47,438 nucleotides of DNA, taken from the NCBI GenBank assembly GCA_000165425.1, contig CT868663.1, positions 310,001 through 357,438 on the forward strand, in the 5' to 3' direction. Under the pieces are notes generated by a model that saw only the letters and a program-made list of their open reading frames with translations, was not told the origin of the DNA and did no database searches. A program made the translations under genes and the position numbers. This stretch comes from Paramecium tetraurelia. Lineage: Eukaryota. Below are positions 1 to 13,400 of this stretch, one piece after another (positions within the stretch are counted from its first letter, which is position 1; the number at the start of each line of letters is the position of its first letter).

Positions 1-270
1 TTTTTCTTGTTACGCTACCATTAACCAATGTACAATTCTCCACTACTGTAAAAATATTTTCCAGTTCCATGTTTTTGATTGGAATGCCATTCCCCTTCAT
101 ATCGATTACCATTAGCAAACTTATAAACTCCTTTGCCATGCTTCGTGTTGTCTTTCATCTCCCCTTTACAAATTAATAATTGCAAATACAAGATATTCAT
201 CCTTATTTGAGTAAACAATATGATGTTCATTATTATTTGCTTGTCTTTTAAAATAACCAAACAATCTCAT
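1..270 (-). CDS. MORN-repeat protein, 5' part (continues off the window edge)
   Basis: Repeats KHGKGVYKFANGNRYEGEW and KHGTGKYFYSSGELYIGQW. Likely first exon MRLFGYFKRQANNNEHHIVYSNKDEYL from ATG 270, then intron 189-164. The junction is 1 nt out of frame and the start is uncertain. Confidence 0.8.
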
Positions 271-558
271 TTCTTAATATATAATCATCATCAATCTTCT
301 AGTATGAATTCATATATAAATATTCACTCATATATCTTTTTATACAAATTTATTTCTAATATCTCTCATTATTATTAAATAAGTTTAAATTGCATCGTAT
401 ATTTTTATTGAATCCTCCCTAAAACCATATTCTACTCAAGTATTCTACTTCATTGAATTCTAAAAAAAAACTCAAATTGATATATTATATCATTTGTAAC
501 ATTGAACTTCTAATCTTTAATTTTCATTTTATTAAAATATTTAACAAATATATTAAGC

Positions 559-1261
559 ATGAATAATATTAAAGAACTGAATCAATTTATGCTAGATTAT
601 GAACTCAAACCTTCACAAAAACTAATCAAATACCTTGTAATCATTGGAATTTCAGCTATGAAAAGCAAAACCTAAGACATTTCCATTGAAACCATAAAAC
701 TAATTGCAAGTTATAATTTCAAATTTTCAATATTGTTTAGGTTCTTGTAAACAACAAAAACTACGAGATGGGATGGCAGAACTCAAAGAAAAAGTCAATA
801 ATATTTAATAATCTTTATCACCAAAAAGCTCAAACTTAAAATTTTCTGAAAATAAATCAATTTCGAAATACAAAGATCAATTAATGGAATCACAATTTTC
901 ACCTATTCTTAAGAGAAAGGATGATGCATAGAATAGAACTAAAAAGAATCAAATAAAATAAGATATTGATTGCAATCTTAAATCTTTGAATTAGGATAAA
1001 AAAGAAAACAACCCACTAAACAATCAATTTTAAAACTAATCCAAATTAAATTAACAAACTTAATAATCCAGCGATTATTTTATTTAAAAAAAGGTTAGCC
1101 TTGAACAAATCGCAAATCATTTTCTTAGTTCCCCATTGGTAAAGAATCCAATGTCAGCCAGGAATATTGCATAACAAGAAAGTGAACTTAAATGTAATTA
1201 TTCATTATTATTATTTAATAGTTTTTTTTAGAATTCATGGAAATTGATTGAGATTTTGTGA
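559..1261 (+). CDS. Hypothetical protein
   Basis: Code-6 frame MNNIKELNQFMLDYELKPSQKLIKYLVIIGISAMK..., with introns near 710-740 and 1195-1221. The 3' end is approximate. Confidence 0.6.
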
Positions 1262-1824
1262 TTTAACATATTATTTATATGCCCTGAGTAATATTCTATT
1301 TTCCAAACGTTCTGTTATAGTAATATCAATATATAATAATAATTGATTAACGTATAAACTAATTTTCTTTTCATTAAGCACATTCTATTTTATGTAATTA
1401 AATAATTCCGATTTTAAAAAAAATTCCTTTTACAGAGACATATTTTATAGTATATAAAGGATTTTCTTCCAAGTGATCTTCAAACAAAATATACTATTTT
1501 AACATTAAAATAATAGCTTTAATTTAATAACATATTCTATCATAAGACAATCATTAGAAAAATTAAAGTTTGATATCTAAACCTAAGTATTTAAGACTTT
1601 AGTATTAAATAATATAAAAGAGAGAATTGTTTAAAATTTGCCTTTTTGTAAGAAATTAAAATAATGAACTTGTTTTTTAAAACAATCTCAATCTAAAATA
1701 TTAAATTGAATATTAGTATTTACTCTAGATATATGGTATAATCTACAAAATGCACTAACTTTGATATATAGGTTGGTATTCATAACTTTAATATAATTAA
1801 ATTAAATTTTAATATTCAAATATT

Positions 1825-3257
1825 ATGTAGAATCCTAAAGCTCAAGAAATAAAATAACAAAGTTGTTTTGATTATATTTTTGATTCGTGGATTTAAGTGA
1901 AGGAATAACCGAAAATTAAATATTCTTAATAAACATAACTAACTGTGTTGAGTCAAAGATAGAAAAAATTTAAATGCACCAATAAGTTAAACTAGAATAA
2001 TGACTACATAATTAAAGTTAAATCTCAAATTGATAAAAAAGAATAAGATGTATCTCTGAATTCTTTTCGAATTCATCTTGATGAATTTAAATAGAAAGAA
2101 GAATAAGTATTAATTTTATTTATAACGAGAGTTTTCTTAAACAACCAATAATTAAACCTAAGTACAGGTCTCATTCAGTCTCCAAGAATTATAATGAAGA
2201 CTATCAAGTAAAACATGTAAGTGTTGCCAACTGCTCAACAATGATTTCTTCAAATGCTAAAAGTAGTCTACAAAATTCATTGAATTTCTCTTAAAACTGT
2301 AAATTAATTTTTCCAAAAATTAAATAATAATACTCTCCAAAAATGAGGATAAAATAATTTAGAATTTTGTGCAAAGTTATTGGAAAATTAGTTGTACTAT
2401 TTCTTAAAAACTTGGCTAAAACAAGCTTATAAAGAATAGGCAATATTCAAAAATTATAATATGTATTAAATCTTAAGAAAATCTTCAAATTCGATAGAAA
2501 AATAAAAGAATCATTATCAAAATCTTTTAGAGAATGGGTCGATCCCTCACTTAAAAAAATATAATATTATCTTCAAAACACATTGGTCTAGAAAAATGAT
2601 GATAATTTATTAGACTTATAAAAATAGAAAGATTAAGAATAAATTTTGAATTTAAATTTCGCAAAATTTCTGTTTCAAAATTTAGAACTAATCACTAGAA
2701 AAGGAAAAATTCCAAAAGAAATAGTAAGTGCTATGTCAAAATCATTATATAAAGAAAATAATTAATATGTATCGTCGTTTGTAGCTTAAAGAACTAAATT
2801 TCTAAAAAAGTCTTTCAGCATTTTAGAAGCCTAGTTAATATGCTGTGAATATATTTTATTTAATGCAGTCATTATCCAATTATTTGAGTTAGCAAATAAT
2901 TTGAAATATCAATCATTCAATCATAATCTTAAATGTAAAATTTAAATATTAATGTTAACTACCATAATTAATTAATTCTACATAGAAGCCTTTAAAAATA
3001 TGCCAATAATTAATTTCGATATCAAAAAAGAGTAGTTATACACAAGAATGTTATATGTCACGACTGATTAAGAGTAGCATCTCAAATTGGTAGATACAAA
3101 GGAAGTTAATCATTCAGAAACTCTAATTTTAGGATTATAACATTAAGAATATATTAAAGGTTTATTCTAATAAAAGGAAAAACAGAAATAAAAATTGTAA
3201 TTAATTTTCAACAAATTTATTCATAACCTAAGCTCTTAAATAGATATATCTGAATGA
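1825..3257 (+). CDS. Hypothetical protein (~470 aa)
   Basis: MQNPKAQEIKQQ..., one 23-nt intron at 2107-2129, then FRILCKVIGKLVVLFL...FREWVDPSLKKI, open to TGA 3255-3257. Confidence 0.75.
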
Positions 3258-3329
3258 TCTAATATTTTTTCATCTCGTAAATATTCTAAATTAATTTTAT
3301 GTTCTTATATTGTTGAAATTAATAAATTG

Positions 3330-4378
3330 ACTTAAATATAAGATTTATAATTATAGAAGATTTATCCAAAATTAAGATAATTCTGAGAATGCTAAAGGCT
3401 GATTGTTTTTGATAACAGGAGCGATCTTTTAAACCCAAATATTTTGAATAATAGCCAATAAATGCCAGAACTTACAAGGATCCTTTAAATGAATAAATAG
3501 GCAATAAATCGAAATTTTATATATTAGCCGCTTGACAAATCAAATAAATGAGAATTCTATCAAATCAAATAATAATGGGATTAGTTAAAGCTTAGGTACC
3601 TTAAGAAAGTCAGAATTAAGAGAAATACCCTTAAAATTTATCGAATTAACTGTAAAAAACTTAAAATTGCTCTTTTAGATGAAAATGCAGAGAATTTACC
3701 TTCTATTCTAAGTATGGCAAATGGGATTATAGCAGTTTAATTGATCAATCAACTTAATAAATCACAAGATATATTTTGAATGAAAATTGCAAGAATAATT
3801 TAAATTAATTTTAAAATGATACAGAAAATTTAGAGAAGGAGGCAGTATTTATTTCACATCATTTATTATTTAAAATATGTATTGTATTTATAAATATTAA
3901 ATCTTCAAAACTTTAATCCTATTTAAATTATGGAGTTTTAACTCTATTACAATGAACATTCTATGGAAACTGATTATAAAGTTAATACTTAGGATTTGTT
4001 TGACATTTATTTATGCAACAATTCAAAAATTAGAAAAGACTAGGGGCTAATCTTATTTAAGAGCTAAAAGGATAACACTAATATTTTTTAGAAATTTGGA
4101 TTAATCAAAATTAATTTATTAAAGTCAAAAATGAATACTTAAGGAATCAATCTAAAAGGTGAAAGTTCTAATACAATTATTATCAGACAACCAACCATTT
4201 ATTAAGATAGTATTTATATATATTTTTATTTCTAGATATTTATTTATCGAATAAATGTTGTGTATTTGATTGATTAATGTATGATAAATAATGTAAGGAT
4301 GGAATGCTTTTGATATATATTCAAGAACAAGAGGATATTGGATTGCCTTATTTGGAATTTGATTTTATTTTGATGTGA
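3330..4378 (+). pseudogene. Probable decayed gene with ankyrin-like fragments
   Basis: Coding-like fragments are broken by TGA and frame changes. NLKGESS..IIIR (~4150-4190) and GWNA-LIY-SR-GY-IALF (4296-4352, spread over frames) resemble ankyrin consensus. Intron-like element at 4210-4235. Confidence 0.35.
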
Positions 4379-4417
4379 CAACCTGATATAAATTTATTTA
4401 AAATTATTTAAGAGGGA

Positions 4418-7400
4418 ATGTCACAACCTAGTATGTCATTCTTTCAAACTCGTTAAAGGGCTATCTACTCGGAAGTGATTAATCCTGAAAACTCGGTAAT
4501 GTACTAAGTAATGTTGCAATATTATAACAGGACTTGTCATATCTACCAGATATAACTTTAAATACGACTATGAAATAAAAGGTTCCTAAGGCTTATTCAC
4601 TAAAGAAAACTACGAATACATCGAGACTATCTGGGGCTCATTCAATTTAGAAGAGTAATAGAATCAATAATTAGTTAAGTTTCTGAGGAATTGGTGGTGG
4701 AGCCAAAAGTGCTTGAACCATATGAGCCGATTGGAGATAACATTCCAAGAAAAGTAGCAATCAACAGAAAACAGAAGCTTTATGCATCATTTAATATACT
4801 GCAGTTATTAGATTAAGAAGTATAATCATCAATTTGAAATTTATAGGGTATTGACTTAAATATGACAAATCCATAAGTACAGTGGTTACCACTTGAACTA
4901 TTTGATGATAATTCTAATGACGATTATCCAAATGAGGATTGGATTAAAAGAAGAGTGGATGAGGAAGGCAGAAACAGAAAACTATATGCGACTTGTTTGT
5001 TGAAGGAAGATGGTATTTATGAAGCAAGAAGATGTGAAATAATAGAATATAAAGATGGCTTATTTAGTGGGAAATTAAAGGAAAAAGATGGAAGAGATTT
5101 TAAAGCTCATAGATTATATATTTGTTTTGATGCTGAAGATCCTCGTAAATTTGTTAAAAGGTTGGGAACAGCATTGAAAAATAGAGAACTTGCTGACAGC
5201 AGAGTCAGATATAATTACTTTATTGATGGGATGCCAATCCAAGATTTAAGTGAATTGGATACAGAACAAAAACGAAGATTAGAATAATTGGCAAAGACAA
5301 AGAAATTAGAAAATTTAGATACCACAGCTTTGATTGCAGAAGTTAATTATGATTATATGAGGACAATGAATAAAATCATTTTTGATAGATATTTAGAGTA
5401 TGAAGATGAAGAATTAAATTTATAAATAGATGAAGATACATCTAAATAAGTACCTTATTATGGGATGTTCCCAGTGAGTAAGGAGAAATAATTGGAGATG
5501 TATAACCCAAGGGAAATCACTTAGATTGATCCTAAGAATTTCAGAGAAACTTTCAAGGATTTTTGTTTCAGCACTCTCTTTATTAAAACTGAAGTGATTA
5601 GAGCATTATAAGAGATCAGATATGAATGCAATAAGATGTAAGAATTTGAGATCTTCAATTTTCAAATAGACAAGGTGATGGTTTTGGAAGAATTTAAACA
5701 TGTGCAAGAGAGTTCAATCTCATAAATGCTTTATTCTTTAAGAGGGTCTTGGATTTAGGATTTATTAAAAATCATGAAGACTTACTTTTCAGGAGTTGGC
5801 AAAGGATGGTTTAACATGAAGGAATCAAATAAGATCACTTATGATTTTGGTAAATTGAAAAGATTCTTAAATGTTGTAAGATTGATGATGTAGGATACTG
5901 TATAGAGTTTGGTAGAAAACAATTATAAAAGATTTGTTAATTATTTGAAATCGTTCATTCCTGATGAGGTCAATGTAGATGATCCATCCAATATCATCAA
6001 CAAATATAAAGTAGTTGGAGTCAAACCAATATTTACTATTGATATGATTAAAACTAACGATGATAAAGAATTTCTTTATTCAACATCTCCCATGAATTTT
6101 GTGAATATGATCATCCATTTATTTGACAAGACTCTTGATGAAATTACAAAAGTACCTGATTTGGAACCTAAATTACTTACTGATCTTTATAAATAGAAAA
6201 CAGATTCTTTCATTAAAACTCCAGTGAAACCAAAAGAAAGACCCTAGACTCCAAATCCAAATGAAAGACCAAAGAAGTATCCAGATGAAAATAAGTGGAT
6301 CTGGTTGTTGATTGAACACATCAGAGAAGAATTGATTAGAGGAATCAAACCCTTGGAGGACTATCTAAAAATATTTGAGAAATTCAAACCCATTTTGTAG
6401 ATGAATCCTGATGATGAGATTAGAAGAATTGAAATGGATGATAATCCTTGGGAAATAGATTAACTTAAAGAAGAAATATTCAAATACAATAAAATGGAAG
6501 AAGAACTCAAGACTTAAATTCCTGATATTGTAGAGGTTTCAATATTTTAAGTTTAATGTAGAGAAATTAAAATGTATCTATGTGAGAAATACTCCATGAT
6601 TAGCAAATTATTGATTGATATGATAGCAAGGAGAGCAAGAAAGAAGACAATGGAAATCTTCTAAGATTATTAGAGAATATAGAGTAAAATTAAAGAGAGC
6701 CCTAATAACATCGAGAAATTAACAGATATCAAAGAGTTTATGCAGAATTTACCGAATGAAGTTGACAAATTGAAAATTGAAACTTAGAAATGCTTTGATA
6801 TTTATAAAATATTAGACGAATTTAGTTATAGAGGATTTTAAAAAGAAGATTTGGATAGAAAATGGTATGTATTTGGATGTCCTAAAGATACTTTTGATTT
6901 GGTTGCTAAAAGACAAAAGGATATGGAAAAAGAGAAAGTTAAATTTTAGGATGAAATGAAAGTTTCACAAGAAGAGTTTAAAGAAAGTATTGATAATTTG
7001 GAAAGAACCATCTAAAATTTCAGTTAGCATTAAGCTCTAAAGAATCATGCTGAAATTGCATAAACTGCTTAAGATGTTAATAAATACTTAGCAGAATTTT
7101 AAGACTAAGCTCGTAAGTATAATTCTAGAGAGGCCTTGTTTGATTAGGAATAAACTGATTACAATAAAATTACTATGCTCTAAAGAGAGTTTCAACCCTA
7201 CAGCAATTTATGGATAACTACTAATTAATGGTTTACTAATCAAGAATCTTGGTTTAAGGATGAATTACCTACAATTGATGCTGTTGCTGCTGAAAAATGG
7301 GTTGAAGAGGCAATCAGAATATTAATTGGATCTTGCAGGTAATTCAAAGATAAAGATCTCCAAGGTGTACTAAAAATTGCTACTTCAATTAAGCAACAGA

Positions 7401-10400
7401 TTGAGGAGTTTAAACCAAAGGTTCCATTATTGGTTGCACTTCGTAAACAAGGAATGAAGGAGAGACACTGGTTAGAATTGAAAAACAGAATTGGATTTGT
7501 TAAACCTTAACCAGAAAGTGAATTCACTTTTACAAAGGTATTAGAAATGGGGCTAATGTAAAATGTTGACGTTTGTGTTGAAGTTGGAGAAAAGGCATAA
7601 AAAGAATATATGATTGAAACAATGTTAGATCAAATGGAGACTATATGGGAAGGAATCAACTTTTAATTGTTGCCTTACAAATCAATTACATTTATTATTA
7701 GAGGTTATGATGAGATTCAATAAGTGCTTGATGAACATATTGTCAACACTTAAGCGATGTCTTTCTCACCTTTCAAAGGTCCATTTGAAGATAGAATCAA
7801 TAATTGGAATACAACTCTTAAAATGACCTCAGATGTTCTAGAAGAATGGTGTAAATGTCAAGCCTAATGGATGTATCTATAACCTATTTTTGACTCACCA
7901 GATATTGCAAAATAATTACCTGCAGAAACTAAGAAATTCAAAACTGTAGATTAAACTTGGAAGCATACGATGACATAAGCTAAAACTTATGCTCAAGTCT
8001 TGAGAGTTTGCACTTAAGAGGGTTTATTGGAGAGATTGCAGGAGGCTAATAAGAATTTAGAAATAATTTAAAAGGAACTTAACAATTATTTGGAAAAGAA
8101 AAGAGAAAAATTTGCAAGATTCTATTTTCTTTCAAATGATGATTTACTAGAAATCTTATCACAAACTAAAGAACCAACAGCAGTCTAACCACATTTAAGA
8201 AAAGTATTTGAAAACATCAATTCAATTGAATTTGATGATGCAAAAAAGATTCATGCAATGTATTCAGCTGAAGGTGAAAAAGTAGGTTTCGTTAAGCTTT
8301 TAGATCCAAATAAAAAAAATGTGGAAGATTGGATGGGAGAAGTGGAAGATATGATGAAATCAAGTGTGAGATAAGCATTAGTAAATAGTGTTTCTGATTA
8401 TTAAGTGAAACTTAGACATGAGTGGGTTTAATTACATCCTGGATAGTGTGTTTTGAATGGCTCTCAAATTCTATGGACGAAAGAAGTGGAATAAGCTATA
8501 AAAAGTAATAGTGTTATGGAATATTGGGAGAAAACATTGAAAGCCTAGATCAATAAATTAGTTGAATTAGTAAGAACCAAATTAACAAAGTAACAGCAAA
8601 CTACTATAAATGCATTAATTGTTATTGATGTTCATGCAAAGGATGTTGTGGAGAAATTATTTAAAGAAAATGTTACTGACGTCAGTGCTTTTGAATGGAT
8701 TAGTTAGTTACGTTATTATTGGGAAAATGATGATTGTTTTGTTAAGTGTGTTTAAACAAATTTCCCATATGGTTATGAGTATTTAGGAAACACTCTCAGA
8801 TTAGTGATTACTCCTTTAACAGATAAGTGCTATATGACTTTGATGGGTGCCCTAAAATTAAATCTAGGAGGTGCTCCTGCAGGACCAGCAGGTACTGGAA
8901 AAACAGAGTCAACGAAAGATTTAGCAAAAGCATTAGCTAAATAATGTGTAGTGTTTAATTGTTCTGATTCTATGGATTATTTGATGGTAGGTAAGTTCTT
9001 TAAGGGTTTAGCAAGTGCAGGTGCATGGTGTTGTTTTGATGAGTTTAATAGAATTAACATTGAGGTGCTATCTGTGATTGCATAATAATTATTGGTGTTA
9101 TTTGGAGAGAAGGCAAAAGGAACTCCATAAATAGAATTCGAAGGATCAATTATTAAAATCTAAGCCACTTTCTCAGTGTTTATTACAATGAATCCTGGTT
9201 ATGCTGGTAGAACTGAATTGCCTGATAATTTAAAAGCTTTGTTTAGAGGTGTAGCTATGATGGTTCCAGATTATGCTTTGATTGGAGAAATTATGTTCTA
9301 TTCATTTGGATTTGAACTCGGAAGAGAATTAGCTAAGAAGATGGTTGCAACATTTAAATTGAGTTCAGAATAATTAAGTTCTTAAGACCATTATGATTAT
9401 GGAATGAGAGCTGTTAGATCAGTTATTAACGCTGCTGGTATTTTGAAATAACAAAATCCAACTATGGATGAGGAGTAACTACTATTAAGAGCATTGAGAG
9501 ATGTTAATGTTCCTAAATTTTTGAAGGATGATCTCCCTTTGTTTGAGAATATTATCAATGACTTATTCCCTGGAGTTGAGAAGCCAGTGTATTCTTATGG
9601 CGATTTATTGGAGGACTTAAACATCTGTTGTTAATAACAGAATCTATAAAATGTAAAGGTGTTTATTGATAAATGCTTATAATTATATGACACAATCTAA
9701 GTGAGACACGGATTGATGTTAGTAGGTCCAACTGGAGGTGGCAAAACATCTACAATTACAACTTTACAAAAAGCTATGTCATGTAAATTGAAGGTACATA
9801 CTCATATCTTAAATCCAAAATCTATTACAATGGGTTAATTGTATGGACAATTTAATGAATAAACTCATGAATGGACAGATGGTGTCTTAGCTTATATAGT
9901 GAGAGAAACTGTAAAAGATGAATCAGGTGAAAAACATTGGGTTATTTTTGATGGACCTGTGGATGCCTTGTGGATTGAATCAATGAATACAGTACTGGAT
10001 GACAATAAGAAATTATGCTTAAACTCTGGATAGATCTTAACATTAACTCCATACATGACGATGATGTTTGAAGTAGAAGATTTGGCAGTGGCATCTCCAA
10101 GCTACAGTTAGTAGATGTGGTATGGTTTATATGGAACCTGAGGCTTTAGGATATCAAGTACTAATTGACTCTTGGATCAATAGATTACCTGAAACTATCT
10201 TAGTTAAAAGTAAAATAATAAAGAACAAACTAGTTAACTGCTTTAAATAATATCTTGATCCAACTATTGAGCTCTTAAGAAAATCAATAATAGAGATAGT
10301 TACAACTTCCAATAATAATTTAGTGCAATCTTTAATGAGAATTCTTGATTGCTATTTGGCCTAATATGTAGACACAGAATTAAAAAAGATAATGGTGGAG

Positions 10401-13400
10401 GAAATGGAATAATTGGAAGCTGCCTTAGAGAAGTTATTCTTCTTTTCGCTCACTTGGTCAATTGGTGCAACTGGAAACAATAGATAAGGATTTAATGACA
10501 CTTTAAAATCTTTGGCCAAATTTGATAAACCAGAGGACTTCTATGAGGTTTATCTTGATATTTCAACAAATACATTCATTGCCTGGAATCAAATGTATCA
10601 GAACTTTAGTATTGATTCTAAATTGGCTTACCATGAAATCATGATTCCAACTGCAGATTCAACTAGAAACATGTACTTATTGAAATTGCTTTTGTCAAAT
10701 AACAAGAATGTTCTGAATCCTGGACCTACAGGAACTGGAAAGACATAGAATATCTTTAGTCTTCTCACTACAGGAATGGGTGATGATTTCTTATATATAG
10801 CCCTTACTTTTAGTGCATAAACATCAGCCAATCAAACATAGGATACAATAGATTCAAAATTAGAGAAAAGAAGAAAAGGGGTCTTTGGTCCTCCAATCAG
10901 ATAGAGAATGATTATCTTTGTAGATGATTTAAACATGCCAAAGAAAGAATAATATGGCGCATAGCCACCATTGGAATTACTTAGATAATATTTGGATTAC
11001 AAAGGTTGGTATAATAGAAAAGAACTATCCTTTATGAAAATTGAAGATGTTATTATCCTTGCTGCTATGGGTCCTCCTGGAGGTGGTCGTACGTTTATTA
11101 GTAATAGAATAGTCAGACATTGTAATGTGATAGCATATAATGAACTTAGCAATAATTACATTTCTGAGATTTTCAGTTCTCTGATTACTTTCTTCTTAAA
11201 AAGATTCAATGAACCTATTAAGAATTGCATTCCAACTTTAGTTTAGAGTGTGTTAATATTCTATTAATAAGTAAGATCAACAATGTTGCCAACTCCTGCT
11301 AAATCTCATTATACCTTCAATCTCAGAGATATTTGGAGAGTGTTCCAAGGAATAAGTTCAGCTGCCCCAAAGTCAACTCCAGATGTAGTGGCATTAGTTA
11401 AGATATGGTATCATGAGAATTTAAGAGTATTTCACGATAGATTGACAACCGAAGAAGATAGACAAGAACTAAAGAATATGTTGAAGATTGGATTTACTTA
11501 ATTTGGAGTCACTTCTGAATAAGTGTTGGATTCAGAAAGAATAATCTTTGGAGATTTCATGCAATCCAGAGATGCAGATATCAAAGTCTATCAATAGATC
11601 CCAGATATGCATCATCTAGTTAATAGAATGGACAATTACTAAGAAGATTATAACACTGATAACACATTTATAATTGGAGGAGCCAAAAAGTAAATGAGAT
11701 TAGTAATGTTTGTGGATGCAACTGAACACATATCAAGAATTGCTAGGATTATTAGACAGCCCTAAGGTAATGCTTTGTTGCTAGGAGTTGGAGGTAGTGG
11801 TAGACAATCCTTGTCAAGAATGGCTACTTTTGTTACTAACTATAAGTTGTTTTAAATTGAAGTTATAAAGAATTACTCAATGAGGAGTTGGAGAGAAGAC
11901 GTCAAAAAGGTATTGATGATAGCTGGTATTGAAAATAAACCAGTGACTTTCTTGTTTTGTGACACTCAAATAATTAATGAATAGATGTTGGAAGATTTGA
12001 ACAATGTTCTAAATTCTGGTGATGTTACTGGAATATATTAAGAGAAAGATTTTGAGGATATTACTTAAGCATGTAAGTAAGAGTGCATTAAGAGACAGAT
12101 ACCCCCTACCAGGATGAACATATTTACACAGTATTTGATTAGAGTTAAGAAGAATATCCATTTGATTATTGCTATGACGTACAAAGGGAAATCAATTTAC
12201 AACTAGATTAAGAATGTTTCCATCTTTGGTTAATTGTTGTACTATTGATTGGTTTACCGAATGGCCAGAGGAAGCCTTGGTTGGTGTCGGAAAGGGATAA
12301 TTAGCAGATTATGAATAGGAATTAGCAATCGAAGGCAAGATACCAGTTTTGGTTGAAATGTTCAAGAATCTTCATAAAAGCGTAGAGAAACTATCCCAAA
12401 AGTTCTTAGCTGAATTAAGAAGATACAATTATGTTACTCCAACCAGTTATTTAGAATTACTTCAATTATATAGGACAATATTATCAGACAAGAGAAGAGA
12501 TCTCAATCAATAAATACAGCGTCTCAAAGGAGGATTGGATAAGTTGATAGCTGCTAACGATGCAGTGGAGGAGATCAAGATAACTTTGAAAGAAATGTAA
12601 CCAAAATTAGAATAAGCCAGTATTGACACAATTAAAATGATGGAGAAATTGAAGGTGGATAAATAGGAGGCAGATGATACATAGAAGATTGTTGCAAGAG
12701 AGGAATCAGAAGCTACTAAACAATAAGAAGAAGCTACTAAATTGGCTGAATAAGCAGAAGCATCTGTGGCTGATGCAAATAGAACTTTAGAATTGACAAT
12801 TGTAGAAGTCTAGAAATTGAGAAAGGAACATTTAGTGGAAATTAAGAGTTTGGGATCTCCACCTAATGCTGTCAAAGTCACTTTAGCAGGTGTGGTTATA
12901 TTGATGCAAGAATATATTAAATAAAATGGAGGTGAAATTATATTGACAATGAAAGAAGGATAAATTGGAGGTAAAAAGGAAGAAAACTTTTTTGAAACAG
13001 CAAGAAAATATTTGTTAAGTGATCCATAAAAGTTATTAGAATAATTATTAAAATATGATAAGGATTCTACTAATCCTGCTCATATTAAGAAGTTGGAAGA
13101 GAAAGTCATACCTCAACCAGAATTTAATATTGATGCAGTCAAGAACTGTTCATTTGCTACTAAGTTCTTGTATATGTGGGTGAAGGCTATGTATGACTAC
13201 TATAGAGTCTATACTGAAACTAAACCACTCAGAGATCAATTAATTGCTATGAGGAAGATTGTAGAAGAAAAAACTGCAGAACTCAAGATAAAGAAGGAGG
13301 AATTGGAAAAAGTTAATGCAAAAATAAGGGAATTGGAAGAGATGTACAACCAAAAGATATTAGAAAAAGAGGACTTGTAAAATAAAATGAAAGAATGCGA

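Noticed and set aside
12179..12186. GTACAAAG as an 8-nt micro-intron fixing the dynein frame
   Set aside because: Removal does not restore the frame, and it is far below the local intron size.
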